Notes under the pieces: model-generated
Told to the model about the DNA's origin: nothing
Seen by the model: only the letters and a program-made list of their open reading frames with translations
Databases searched by the model: none
Shown here: piece by piece, positions 36,290 through 45,952 of the stretch
How positions within the stretch are numbered: position 1 is the first letter of the stretch
How the letters are laid out: each line of letters opens with the position of its first letter
Origin: Thermoplasmata archaeon
GTDB lineage: Archaea; Thermoplasmatota; Thermoplasmata; RBG-16-68-12; JAJISG01
Reading direction: 5' to 3'
Assembly: GCA_046759185.1 (NCBI GenBank)
Contig: JBHIBO010000007.1
Span: forward strand, 3,898-67,897
DNA length: 64,000 bases
Program-made: the position numbers and the translations under genes

Positions 36290-36634
36290 ATGCGGCTCGG
36301 CGTCACGGAGTATATGGACAGCGCCCACTTCCTCCCGGGCCATGCCAAGTGCGGTACTCTTCACGGTCACACCTACAAGGTGGAGGTCATCGTCGAAGGC
36401 GAAGCGAAGTCGGGCATGGTCATCGACTTTGCCGATCTCAAGGACCACGTACGCAAGGTCATGGCGGCCTACGATCATCGAGCTTTGAACGACATCCTGG
36501 AGTATCCTTCGGTGGAGAACATCTGCGAGCGGCTGGCGGCCGACCTGAAGGACCACCTCTCGTTTCCGTTCCTCGTACGTGTTTGGGAGGGCCAGGGCAA
36601 GTGGGCCGAAACCCAGGCCTCACCCGTCGGTTGA
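36290..36634 (+). CDS. queD: 6-carboxy-5,6,7,8-tetrahydropterin synthase
   Basis: ..DSAHFLPGHAKCGTLHGHTYKVEV..G.V.DF..LK.. is the PTPS/QueD signature. GGTGAGGG lies before ATG 36290. Confidence 0.85.
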   Translation: MRLGVTEYMDSAHFLPGHAKCGTLHGHTYKVEVIVEGEAKSGMVIDFADLKDHVRKVMAAYDHRALNDILEYPSVENICERLAADLKDHLSFPFLVRVWEGQGKWAETQASPVG

Positions 36635-36657
36635 TGGGTGGATCCGGCCCGGGTACG

Positions 36658-36664
36658 TTATATA
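36658..36664 (+). promoter_or_regulatory. TATA box (TTATATA) upstream of the aspartase/fumarase gene
   Basis: It lies about 45-50 nt before ATG 36708, with GGAGA 8 nt before the ATG. Confidence 0.45.
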
Positions 36665-36707
36665 CGCGTGGATTAAGAACCGCGGACATCCTATCGGAGA
36701 ACCGACC

Positions 36708-38105
36708 ATGACCGAATTCAGGGTGGAGAAGGACTTCCTCGGCGAGGTTCAGGTGCCCGCGGGCGCCTATTGGGGTGTACAGACGCAGCGAGCGGTGGAG
36801 AACTTCCCGATAAGCGGCCTGCGGCTCCAGCCTCGCTTCATTCGGGCCCAGGCTCTCATCAAGCTAGCGGCGGCCAAGGCGAACGTGGAAGTGGGGTTCC
36901 TCGACAAGAAGCTGGGCCAGGCCATTGTCCAGGCGGCGGAGGAGGTTCTCGATGGCAAGTACGACGACCACTTCGTGGTGGACGTGTACCAGTCGGGGGC
37001 CGGGACATCCCAGAACATGAACGCGAACGAGGTGATCGCAAACCTGGCGACCGAGCTTCTGGGAGGCGAACGCGGCTCGTACGAGATGGTCCATCCCAAC
37101 GACCACGTGAACATGGCTCAGTCCACCAACGACACGATTCACGTTGCGATGCATATCGCCGCCCTCATGGCGATTCACGAAGACCTCCTGCCTTCCATGC
37201 GGACCCTGGCGGAGGCGCTGGACGCGAAGGCGGAGGAGTTCGACGACGTCCTCAAGATCGGGCGGACCCACCTGCAAGACGCAGTGCCCATCCGTCTCGG
37301 CCAAGAGTTCAGTGGGTTCGCCTCGATGATTCATCACGCCATCGGCCGCGTCGAACAGGCGTCCCACGCGTTGGAGGAGCTCGCTCTCGGAGGCACGGCC
37401 GTCGGAACGGGCCTGAACGCCCACCCCCGCTACCCCGAGCTTTCCATCGCGGAAATCAGCCGGCTGACGGGCCTCGCCTTCCGTCGCCCCGACAACATCT
37501 TCGAGGCCATGCAGAACACCGATGCCGCCGTGGAGGTGAGCGGGGCCCTGAAGACGCTGGCCGTCAGCCTCATCAAGATCGCCAACGACATCCGGCTGTT
37601 AAGCTCCGGCCCACGGACCGGGATTGCTGAGATTCGGCTCCCGGCGGTGCAACCGGGTTCCTCCATCATGCCCGGTAAGGTGAACCCCGTCATGGCCGAA
37701 ATGCTCAACATGGTCGCGTTCCAGGTTCTGGGGAACGACACGACCATCACCTACGCCACCCAGGCGGGGCAGCTCGAGCTCAACGTGATGATGCCCGTCA
37801 TCGCCTACAACCTCCTCCACGCCATCCAGGTGACTGCGGCAGGGATCCTGGCCTTCACCGAACGAGCCCTGCGAGGGATCGAGGTAGATCGGGAACGGTG
37901 CGAGTCTTACATCGAGTGGAGTACCGCCATGGCTACCGCCCTCTCCCCGCGCATCGGGTATCACCGGGCCGCCGAGATCGCGAAGAAGGCCTTCGCGGAA
38001 GGCAAGACCGTCCGAGACATCGCGGTGGGAGACGGTGTGCTGAGCGAAAGGGAGCTGGACGAGCTCCTGGATGCGAATCGGATGACCCGGGTGCTAGAGA
38101 AGTAG
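36708..38105 (+). CDS. Aspartate ammonia-lyase / class II fumarase family enzyme (AspA-like motif)
   Basis: ..VDVYQSGAGTSQNMNANEV.. (AspA-like rather than the FumC WQTGSGT), ..MAQSTNDT.., and the signature GSSIMPGKVNPV. Confidence 0.85.
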   Translation: MTEFRVEKDFLGEVQVPAGAYWGVQTQRAVENFPISGLRLQPRFIRAQALIKLAAAKANVEVGFLDKKLGQAIVQAAEEVLDGKYDDHFVVDVYQSGAGTSQNMNANEVIANLATELLGGERGSYEMVHPNDHVNMAQSTNDTIHVAMHIAALMAIHEDLLPSMRTLAEALDAKAEEFDDVLKIGRTHLQDAVPIRLGQEFSGFASMIHHAIGRVEQASHALEELALGGTAVGTGLNAHPRYPELSIAEISRLTGLAFRRPDNIFEAMQNTDAAVEVSGALKTLAVSLIKIANDIRLLSSGPRTGIAEIRLPAVQPGSSIMPGKVNPVMAEMLNMVAFQVLGNDTTITYATQAGQLELNVMMPVIAYNLLHAIQVTAAGILAFTERALRGIEVDRERCESYIEWSTAMATALSPRIGYHRAAEIAKKAFAEGKTVRDIAVGDGVLSERELDELLDANRMTRVLEK

Positions 38106-38122
38106 AGGCGGCCGAGGGAGGT

Positions 38123-39046
38123 TCAGCCCGCTCCTTCAAGAAGGGCCAGCGCCTCGTCCCGACTCTTCTCCAGGACGTCCCCCGATGCTTGGAGGTCCTC
38201 CAATTCGGTCGCCTCCAAATCCCATTCGAGGATCTCGGTGACGCCCCCCGCCCCCAGGACCACGGGCATCCCGATGCTGACATCCTTCAACCCGTACTCG
38301 CCCTTCGTGACGATGGAGGAGGGAATGAGGACCGCCATGTCCTGGAGCACGGCCTCAATCATGTCCGCGGTCCCGTTGGCAGGACCGTACTCGGTGGCAC
38401 CCTTCCCGGAGATGATGTTGATAGCGACCTCCTTGATGCTCCCCCGAATGGCCGTCCTCTCCTCCGGGGAGAAGGCCTGGGGCTCCCCATCCACCTCCAC
38501 GCGCGACCACACCGGGACCTGACTGTCTCCGTGCTCGCCTAGGACGTAGGCTTCCACGCTGGCGGCGGGCACGGAGAGGTGATCGCCCAGCGCCGTCCGA
38601 AAGCGGGATGTGTCCAGCATGCCACCCGAACCCACAACCTGGGTCCGGCGCAATCCGGAGGCCTGATGGGCCACGTAGTTCATCACGTCCATGGGATTGG
38701 TCAGGTTGATCATGACCGCCTGGGGGGCGAGGTCGCCCACTCGATGGGCAATGTCCTGCATGATGGGGGCGTTGGTCTCGAGCAAGTCGAGGCGCGACAT
38801 CCCTGGCTGGCGTGGGCGGCCCGCCGTGACCACGACCACAGCGGACTCGCGAATGTCCTCGTAGCCCCCAGCGCGGAGGGAGGTCTCGGCCTTGTACTCC
38901 ACGGCATGCCGCATGTCGGCGGCCTGGCCCCGAGCCAGGTCCTCCAGGATGTCCACCATCACGATTTCGTCCGCCAGGCCACGCAAGGCGGTCGTGTAGG
39001 CAATCGTGCTGCCGAGCCTGCCCGTTCCTATGAAGGATACCTTCAT
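38123..39046 (-). CDS. mdh: Malate dehydrogenase (LDH-like family)
   Basis: MKVSFIGTGRLGSTIAY.., and ..TAGRPRQPGMSRLDL.. with Arg at the substrate-discriminating position (MDH rather than LDH), plus ..GEHGDS... Confidence 0.85.
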   Translation of the reverse strand: MKVSFIGTGRLGSTIAYTTALRGLADEIVMVDILEDLARGQAADMRHAVEYKAETSLRAGGYEDIRESAVVVVTAGRPRQPGMSRLDLLETNAPIMQDIAHRVGDLAPQAVMINLTNPMDVMNYVAHQASGLRRTQVVGSGGMLDTSRFRTALGDHLSVPAASVEAYVLGEHGDSQVPVWSRVEVDGEPQAFSPEERTAIRGSIKEVAINIISGKGATEYGPANGTADMIEAVLQDMAVLIPSSIVTKGEYGLKDVSIGMPVVLGAGGVTEILEWDLEATELEDLQASGDVLEKSRDEALALLEGAG

Positions 39047-39102
39047 TGCGCCACCCCCCGTTTTCGCGGCGCCTAGCAACCGGTCTCTTAATGAGGTTTG
39101 CG

Positions 39103-39450
39103 TTAGGGTAGATACTCTTCGCGAGGGTGGGCGAAGACGTCGAGGATTTCCAAGTCCTCCTCGGCCACGGCGTCGTGTTCCACGCCTGCAGGCACCAGAT
39201 ACGATGAACCAGGCGTTAGCTCGGTGGCTCTGCCGCCGATGATCATGCGGATCTTCCCTTTCAGCACATAGCCCGCCTGCTCAAAGGGATGCGTATGGGC
39301 CCCGAAAACCGTCCCTTCTCGAATCGACCAGTGGACCAGCATGAGGCCTTCCCCATAGACCAAGGTCCGTCGGACGATGCCCTCCCGCATCTCGACAGCT
39401 TCCACATCACCGACGGACGCCGAAAGCTGCGCCATGAAATCTCGGACCAT
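39103..39450 (-). CDS. Cupin-domain protein
   Basis: ..HTHPFEQAGYVLKG.......G........G....P.G.EH.. contains the two cupin motifs. Confidence 0.7.
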   Translation of the reverse strand: MVRDFMAQLSASVGDVEAVEMREGIVRRTLVYGEGLMLVHWSIREGTVFGAHTHPFEQAGYVLKGKIRMIIGGRATELTPGSSYLVPAGVEHDAVAEEDLEILDVFAHPREEYLP

Positions 39451-39522
39451 CCGATTCTCCTGCCGCCATCAAACCCGAAAAGATTGATATAGCTTGGTTC
39501 GCGATGAATCGGCGGGCTTTTC

Positions 39523-41790
39523 ATGCTTGGCATGACACGCATCAGCGAGGAAGAGGCGTTGGAGTACCATCGGCGACGCCCCTCCGGCAAGCTGGCCATT
39601 AATTCGACCAAACCTACCGTCACGCAGCGAGACCTCTCACTCGCCTACACACCTGGTGTAGCGGCAATCTCCCGTGCAATCGAGGAGGACCCCTCTTCGG
39701 TCTTCACCTACACCGCACGGGGCAACCTGGTGGCCGTGATCACTAACGGTTCCGCCATCCTGGGCCTGGGAAACCTTGGCCCCCTCGCAGCGAAACCCGT
39801 CATGGAAGGGAAGGCAGTCCTCTTCAAGAAACTGGCCGACATCGACGTGTTCGACCTGGAGCTGGACTGTTCGGAGCCGGAACAGCTCGTGGAGGTTGTC
39901 AAGACCCTGCAACTCGGTTTCGGCGGCATCAACCTGGAGGACATCAGCGCCCCCGATGCCTTCTTGATCGAGGAACGGCTCCGGAAAGAACTGGACATCC
40001 CCGTCTTCCATGACGACCAACATGGCACCGCCATTATTTCGGGGGCGGCTCTCCTGAACGCTCTGGAGCTTCAGGGGAAGTCCCTGGAGAAGGTGCGCAT
40101 CGTCATCTCGGGCGCAGGGGCGGCAGGGTTGGCGTGCGCGGCCTTTTACGTGACCCTGGGTGCCAGACAGGAGAACCTCCTCGTCGTGGATTCGGTGGGC
40201 GTTCTCTACCGCGGACGAAAGAAAGGCATGAACGCCTACAAGGAGCGTTTCGCTCAGGAAACGGAGGCCCGAACGCTAGGTGACGCCATCAAGGGTGCCG
40301 ACGTCTTCATCGGCCTCTCCGTGGGGGGCATCGTCACACCGGAGATGGTGGCGTCCATGGCCGAATACCCCATCGTGTTTGCCATGGCAAACCCCGATCC
40401 GGAAATCGGCTACGAAGAGGTCAAGGCCGTGCGCCCGGACGCCGTTGTCGCCACGGGTCGGAGCGATTTTCCGAATCAGGTCAACAACGTCCTTGGCTTC
40501 CCGTTCATCTTCCGTGGGGCGCTGGATGTCCGCGCGCGCAGCATCAACGAGGAGATGACAGTGGCTGCGACCCGGGCCTTGGCGGCCCTGGCCAAGGAGG
40601 ATGTGCCGGATGCCGTGCGTCGAGCCTACGGAGGACAAGACCTCGCTTTCGGACCGAGCTATATCCTCCCCAAACCGTTCGACGAGCGGGTGCTCCTTCG
40701 CGTGGCCCCCGCGGTCGCCCAGGCCGCCATGGAGGCCGGCGTTGCAGCGAAGGAAGTGGACCTCCGGGCCTACCAAGAGGAGCTCCGGAGTCGCCTGGGC
40801 AAGGCGATGGAGATGATGACCGTCATCTTCAACAAGGCCCGGAGCGACCCCAGGCGCATCGTCTTCCCCGAGGGGACCCACGGCAAGATCCTCCGGGCTT
40901 GTCAGATTCTGGCCCGGGAAGGCCTCGCGAGGCCCATCTTACTGGGGAACCCAGAGGCTATCGCTCAGGAAATGACGCGGCTCAGGCTGGACTTCGAGGC
41001 CGAGATTATTGACCCACTGGCCTCGGACCGCCACGAGGCTTACAGCGAGCAGCTCTACGAACTGCGACGACGAAAGGGGGCGACGCATACGGAGGCCCAC
41101 GAGATGCTCCGGAACCCGAACTACTTCGGCGCCATGATGGTCCACTCCGGAGATGCGGACGGTTTCATCAGCGGTCTCACCACCCACTACCCGGATGCTC
41201 TCCGGCCGGCCTTGCAGGTTCTGGGGACGCGGGAGGGCGTCCGCAGGGTGGTGGGCCTCTACATGATCACGCTGAAGGATCGCGTCCTCTTCTTCGCGGA
41301 CGCCACAGTGAACATCGACCCGAACGCGGAGGACCTCGCCGAGATCGCCATCGCGGCCGCCGAGGCGGCCCGACGGTTCGATGTCTATCCCCGGGTGGCC
41401 ATGCTCAGCTTCTCCAACTTCGGCAGCGTGCAGCATCCGTTGAGCGACAAGGTTCGGCGGGCCGTGGGTTTGGTGCGCGAACGCGATCCCACTCTCGAGG
41501 TGGATGGTGAGATGCAGGCCGACACAGCCGTTGTCCGTGAGATCCTCGAAACCACGTACCCCTTCTCGCGGTTGAAGGGGCCAGCGAACGTTCTGATTTT
41601 CCCCGACTTGGAAGCCGCCAACGTATCCTACAAGCTGATGCAGCGGCTTGCGGACGCGGAGGCGACGGGACCCATCTTGGAGGGCATCAGGGGCTCGGTC
41701 CACATCCTGCAGCGGGGAGACGACGTGAAGGACGTGGTGAACATGGCGGCCATTGCCGTCGTGGGAGCGCAGGAGATCGAAAAGTCGTGA
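39523..41790 (+). CDS. NADP-dependent malic enzyme with C-terminal phosphotransacetylase-like domain (MaeB type)
   Basis: ..[12 protein letters not shown].., ..[33 protein letters not shown].., ..[10 protein letters not shown].., ..ISGAGAAG... A PTA-like half of about 330 aa follows. 755 aa, uninterrupted. Confidence 0.9.
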   Translation: MLGMTRISEEEALEYHRRRPSGKLAINSTKPTVTQRDLSLAYTPGVAAISRAIEEDPSSVFTYTARGNLVAVITNGSAILGLGNLGPLAAKPVMEGKAVLFKKLADIDVFDLELDCSEPEQLVEVVKTLQLGFGGINLEDISAPDAFLIEERLRKELDIPVFHDDQHGTAIISGAALLNALELQGKSLEKVRIVISGAGAAGLACAAFYVTLGARQENLLVVDSVGVLYRGRKKGMNAYKERFAQETEARTLGDAIKGADVFIGLSVGGIVTPEMVASMAEYPIVFAMANPDPEIGYEEVKAVRPDAVVATGRSDFPNQVNNVLGFPFIFRGALDVRARSINEEMTVAATRALAALAKEDVPDAVRRAYGGQDLAFGPSYILPKPFDERVLLRVAPAVAQAAMEAGVAAKEVDLRAYQEELRSRLGKAMEMMTVIFNKARSDPRRIVFPEGTHGKILRACQILAREGLARPILLGNPEAIAQEMTRLRLDFEAEIIDPLASDRHEAYSEQLYELRRRKGATHTEAHEMLRNPNYFGAMMVHSGDADGFISGLTTHYPDALRPALQVLGTREGVRRVVGLYMITLKDRVLFFADATVNIDPNAEDLAEIAIAAAEAARRFDVYPRVAMLSFSNFGSVQHPLSDKVRRAVGLVRERDPTLEVDGEMQADTAVVREILETTYPFSRLKGPANVLIFPDLEAANVSYKLMQRLADAEATGPILEGIRGSVHILQRGDDVKDVVNMAAIAVVGAQEIEKS

Positions 41791-41900
41791 CCGGCCAGCC
41801 ACTCGTTATCACCTGAAATACTGCCGTCTCAACCCTTAAGTACGCTCCTCCAGAGAGTCGGAAGGCCGCAGATACGCTGCCTACAACTCGGACTGGTCGC

Positions 41901-44744
41901 ATGGCGAAGAAGACGGCCTCCCGTTCGAAGGGAAGCACGACCCGCAAGAAGTCTCCTCCTCGGAGCGGCAACAAGAGGCGCGGTAAGGGATCCATCAAGG
42001 TCAGCAAGAAGCAGGCCGAGCGCATGGCCCTCCTTCAGCTTCGGATCGGCCGGGCGGCGCACCTGTACAGCATGGCGGCGGCCTTTGCCCTGGCCGCCAG
42101 CGGGATCCTCCTCCTCCTCACCCAACCCGGTCGAGCCTTGGAAGGTCTGCCCATGGACACCCGGATGGTTCTCCCGTGGCTCATGCCCATCCTGGCGGGG
42201 GCCTTCACCGCGGCGTCGGCCCTTTACCTGAAGTGGAAGCCCTATGCCAGCGAGCGGTCCAGCCGCCACTTTGTCCTGACGGTCATCGCCCTGCTGGCCT
42301 CCGTGGCCACCCTCCTCCTCCTCGCCCTGCAGAACCTCCAGGGCTTCAACCCTCAGAGCCTGGTATGGGTGTACCCGAGCGCCTTGGCGGGCATCTCTCT
42401 CACCCTCATCTCTCTGGCCATGACGTGGCGTGGGTGGGGCCGTCGCAAGGTGCTGAGCATGCTGGCAGCGGCCTTCCCCATGGCCTTAATGGTCTACGGG
42501 TTCAACCCCATCTTCTCGACCGGCATCCCGCCGGACCTCCTCATCCTGACCTTCATGGGGAGCGCGGTGGCCGTGCAATTCAGCGGATCCATGCTCCACG
42601 TTACCTCCACATCAAACCGCGTCCAGACGCGTGAGATGATCCGGGTTAGCAACGACCGCCTGCAGATTCTTGGCGAGCAGCTGCAGTCCCAGAGGAAGGC
42701 GCTAGACTACAAGGAGAAGGCTCTGCGGACGAAGGAGGCAGACCTGGAGGTCAACGAGAAGGCCCTCAAGCAGCGTCTCCGCTCGGTCGACGACGCGCGA
42801 AAGGAACTGGAATCCCTTCAGACGAAGGTCGACCGAAGCACCGACGAGCTCCGCCAGTTGAAGAAGACCATCGGTGGGCGCGAGGCCGATGTGGCCACCC
42901 GAGAGCAGAAGCTCAGCCTGCAGCAGAAGGACCTGGGCAGCCGGGAAAGCGAGGTGAAGAAGACCCTGAAGCGACTCTCCAAGCAGGAGGGCCAGCTGGC
43001 CAACCAGGAACGGAGTCTGGAGAAGAGTCTCCGAGGACTCGAGGATCGAAAGGCGGACCTGGCAGACAGGGAGGTCGAACTCCGGGAGGCCGAACGTGCC
43101 CAGAAGGATCTCAGGAAGGAGTTGGACACCGGTCGCAAGCAGCTTATGGAGCGTGAGAGCGAGGTTCGCCTGAAGGAGAGTGCGCTGGAGATGAAGGGAG
43201 GCGGCGTGGGCCTCGCGGCGCGGGACGTAAGCATCCCGAAGCAGATCAAACGACTCGAAGCCCGTCTCCTGGACAAGGAGAAGGAACTGAGCCAACGGGA
43301 ACTCCAGCTGAAGCGGACCACCCAAGAGGTCGAGGCTTCCGCCCGGAAATCAGAGGACCGCGCCAAGAAGGCAGAGCAACGTCTCGCGAAGGTCGCCAGC
43401 CAGGGGAAGGACCTCACATCTCGGGAGAAGGAGATCGCCCAACGGGAGAGCGCCCTCCAGAGGCAGGAGCACGATCTCGAACGCCAGAGAGCCCTCATGG
43501 AGTCGTCCGTGGCGAGCATCCGGGAGAAGGAAGCGAAGTACGAGCAACTGTACAAGGAGGCCCACTCCCAGGCCTCCTCAGCGCGTCACACGGAGAAGGA
43601 GATCCAAGACGAGTTGGCGACGGTGCGGGAGCGGGAAGCGAAGTTGGAGAGAATGAAGGCCTCCCTCGAGGAGGAGCGAGATGAGATCAACGCGATGCTC
43701 CAGGATCTGCTCCGCAAGGAGAAAGAGGTCGAGGCGCGCGAATCCGAAACCAAGCTCCGCATCCTGGAGGCGAAGAAGAAGATTCGCACCATGCCGGTCT
43801 CCGGCGATGCCCGGGCCCTGATGGAGCGGGAAAAGGCCCTCGAGCTGAGGGAGAAGAGACTGACGGACAAGGAGCTAGAGGTGAAGTCCCGTCTGTACGA
43901 GAAAGCGAAGGCGTTGAAGGAGAAGGAAACGGCCATCAAGAAGGGGTTGACGATAGTGGAGGTCGATGAGGTGGACGAACCCATGGAGCAGGCAGCATCG
44001 ACGGGCACCCGGGGGAGTTCCGGAATTCGTCGACTCGACGACCTCCTGATGGGCGGCATTCCCATCGGCTCACAGATCCTCTACGTGGGGCCCGCCTTTG
44101 TCGGCAAGGAGGTCGCGATTCTCAATTTCATCGCAGAGGGGCTCCGGAGCGGGGTTCCCTGCGTCTTCATCACGACTTCCCGTCCCCCCGACGAGGTGGC
44201 GAAGGACATGGGCCCCATCCTACCCTCGTTCATGGAGTACGAACAGGTGGGCCTCATCCGGTGGATCGACGGCTCCACGCCCTTGGCAGACCCCAAGAAG
44301 AAGACGCCCATCGTCGAAGGGAACACCTACGTCGTTGCTGGCGCCGGCGACTACGAGGGCATCCTCGGGGCCATGAACCTAATCGTAGAGGAGCTGAGCA
44401 AGGAGGACTATCCCTACTTCAAACTGGCCTACATGACCCTCTCCACCTCCCTGACCCAAGGGAGCGAGAAGGAGGCCATGAGCTACGTCCAGCGCTTCGT
44501 GAATGGCATGCGCCAGATGGACTCCATTGGCATCTACGCGGTGGAGGGCGGGATGCACGAGAAGCAACAGATCGAGGCCCTAGAGCACCAGATGGAGGGG
44601 ACCATCCACTTCCGGAGCGAGCGTCAGAAGAGCCAGCTCAAGGTCGCCGGTATCGCCGACACTCAGACCCGGGATTGGGTGGAGTATAAGCATGATAGCC
44701 GGACCCTGCGCCTCGGGGCGTTTCAGCTCGAGCGAATCCGGTGA
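41901..44744 (+). CDS. Membrane protein: basic N-tail, about 6 TM helices, long repetitive coiled coil, C-terminal KaiC/RecA-like domain with degenerate Walker motifs
   Basis: N-terminus MAKKTASRSKGSTTRKKSPPRSGNKRRGKG... Six hydrophobic helices up to about residue 245, then an uninterrupted heptad-rich K/E/R/L segment of about 470 aa. The C-terminus reads ..GIRRLDDLLMGGIPIGSQILYVGPAFVGKEVAILNFIAEGLRSGVPCVFITT.. (KaiC/RadA-like). Confidence 0.85.
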   Translation: MAKKTASRSKGSTTRKKSPPRSGNKRRGKGSIKVSKKQAERMALLQLRIGRAAHLYSMAAAFALAASGILLLLTQPGRALEGLPMDTRMVLPWLMPILAGAFTAASALYLKWKPYASERSSRHFVLTVIALLASVATLLLLALQNLQGFNPQSLVWVYPSALAGISLTLISLAMTWRGWGRRKVLSMLAAAFPMALMVYGFNPIFSTGIPPDLLILTFMGSAVAVQFSGSMLHVTSTSNRVQTREMIRVSNDRLQILGEQLQSQRKALDYKEKALRTKEADLEVNEKALKQRLRSVDDARKELESLQTKVDRSTDELRQLKKTIGGREADVATREQKLSLQQKDLGSRESEVKKTLKRLSKQEGQLANQERSLEKSLRGLEDRKADLADREVELREAERAQKDLRKELDTGRKQLMERESEVRLKESALEMKGGGVGLAARDVSIPKQIKRLEARLLDKEKELSQRELQLKRTTQEVEASARKSEDRAKKAEQRLAKVASQGKDLTSREKEIAQRESALQRQEHDLERQRALMESSVASIREKEAKYEQLYKEAHSQASSARHTEKEIQDELATVREREAKLERMKASLEEERDEINAMLQDLLRKEKEVEARESETKLRILEAKKKIRTMPVSGDARALMEREKALELREKRLTDKELEVKSRLYEKAKALKEKETAIKKGLTIVEVDEVDEPMEQAASTGTRGSSGIRRLDDLLMGGIPIGSQILYVGPAFVGKEVAILNFIAEGLRSGVPCVFITTSRPPDEVAKDMGPILPSFMEYEQVGLIRWIDGSTPLADPKKKTPIVEGNTYVVAGAGDYEGILGAMNLIVEELSKEDYPYFKLAYMTLSTSLTQGSEKEAMSYVQRFVNGMRQMDSIGIYAVEGGMHEKQQIEALEHQMEGTIHFRSERQKSQLKVAGIADTQTRDWVEYKHDSRTLRLGAFQLERIR

Positions 44745-44802
44745 ACTGTTTTCGCCAGTGTGTCAGCGGACGTTCTGGATAGGCAGGAAGCTTCATTACT
44801 CG

Positions 44803-45912
44803 ATGGAGCATCCATTATCGGATAGGTTGGCAAAGGTAGAGTTACGGGACCTCGTGAAGCAATACGGCGACGTCACGGCCGTGGATCACATGAGTCTGAC
44901 AATCGAGGACGGAAGCTTCCTCGTCCTACTGGGTCCCTCCGGATGCGGCAAGACGACCACGCTACGGATGATTGCGGGGTTGGAGAAAGTAAACGAAGGC
45001 GAGATCCTCATCGGAGATACCCGGGTGAATGACCTCCAGCCCAAGGATCGTAATGTGGCCATGGTGTTTCAGAACTACGCCCTCTATCCGCACATGACGG
45101 TCTACAAGAACATGGCCTTCCCGTTGCAGAACTTCGGCCACGGCCCAGTCGAGATCCATCGGCGCATCGGTCGAGCCGCGAAGCTCCTAGAAATCCAGCC
45201 GTTGCTCCAACGGAAGCCCACGGAACTCAGTGGGGGGCAGATGCAGCGCGTGGCCCTGGGCCGAGCCATCGTGAGAGAGCCCCAGGTCTTCCTGATGGAT
45301 GAGCCCCTGAGCAACCTGGACGCGAAGCTTCGGGTTCACATGCGAGCCGAGCTGAAGAAGCTTCAGAGTGATCTGGGGGTAACGACGATCTATGTCACCC
45401 ACGACCAGGTCGAGGCAATGACCATGGGAGACAAGATCGCCATCATGAATGATGGAGTCCTTCAGCAGGTTGCCGACCCGAAGACCATCTATTCCCACCC
45501 CACAAACCAGTTCGTCGCCGCTTTCGTTGGAACCCCCCCAATCAATCTCATCGAAGGGACGTTTGCTGGCGGTGGCGTTTTCGACGCCGGGGAGTTCATC
45601 TACCCCCTGCCACCTGAGCTCGCGAAAGCTGCGCAGAGGGGCTCCACCGAGGCAGTCGTGTTGGCCATTCGCCCCCAGGATGTTCGAGTGGGTCCGGCGT
45701 CCCATGAAGGCGATGGGACCATCCAGGCCCAGGTGTACACCACTGAGCCCTTGGGAGACCTGATGATTCTGGATTTTGCCATTGGCGACGGCCTCGTCAA
45801 GGCGGTCGTCAGTCCAGACTTCGACGCCCAGGTCGATGATCGTCTGGCACTGGAATTTCCCCCCGACAAGGTCTTCCTGTTCGACGGGAAGACGGGACAG
45901 ACCTTGACTTGA
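44803..45912 (+). CDS. Sugar ABC transporter ATP-binding protein (MalK/UgpC-like)
   Basis: Walker A GPSGCGKTT, signature LSGGQMQRV, Walker B FLMDEPLSNLD, and a C-terminal TOBE-like regulatory domain. Confidence 0.9.
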   Translation: MEHPLSDRLAKVELRDLVKQYGDVTAVDHMSLTIEDGSFLVLLGPSGCGKTTTLRMIAGLEKVNEGEILIGDTRVNDLQPKDRNVAMVFQNYALYPHMTVYKNMAFPLQNFGHGPVEIHRRIGRAAKLLEIQPLLQRKPTELSGGQMQRVALGRAIVREPQVFLMDEPLSNLDAKLRVHMRAELKKLQSDLGVTTIYVTHDQVEAMTMGDKIAIMNDGVLQQVADPKTIYSHPTNQFVAAFVGTPPINLIEGTFAGGGVFDAGEFIYPLPPELAKAAQRGSTEAVVLAIRPQDVRVGPASHEGDGTIQAQVYTTEPLGDLMILDFAIGDGLVKAVVSPDFDAQVDDRLALEFPPDKVFLFDGKTGQTLT

Positions 45913-45952
45913 GTTGGCCCCTCAGGTCCGGTGGAGGTATCGCAAGGGCCGG

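Noticed and set aside
42650-44000. Possible tandem DNA repeat or CRISPR-like periodicity in the coiled-coil coding region
   Set aside because: The repetition is at the amino-acid pattern level (K/E/R/L heptads). I see no exact nucleotide repeats or repeat-spacer structure.
42702-44065. Several 150-245-aa minus-strand ORFs (Ser/Arg/Phe-rich) opposite the coiled-coil region
   Set aside because: They mirror the repetitive GAG/AAG/CTG codons of the coiled coil. They are low-complexity with no start context.
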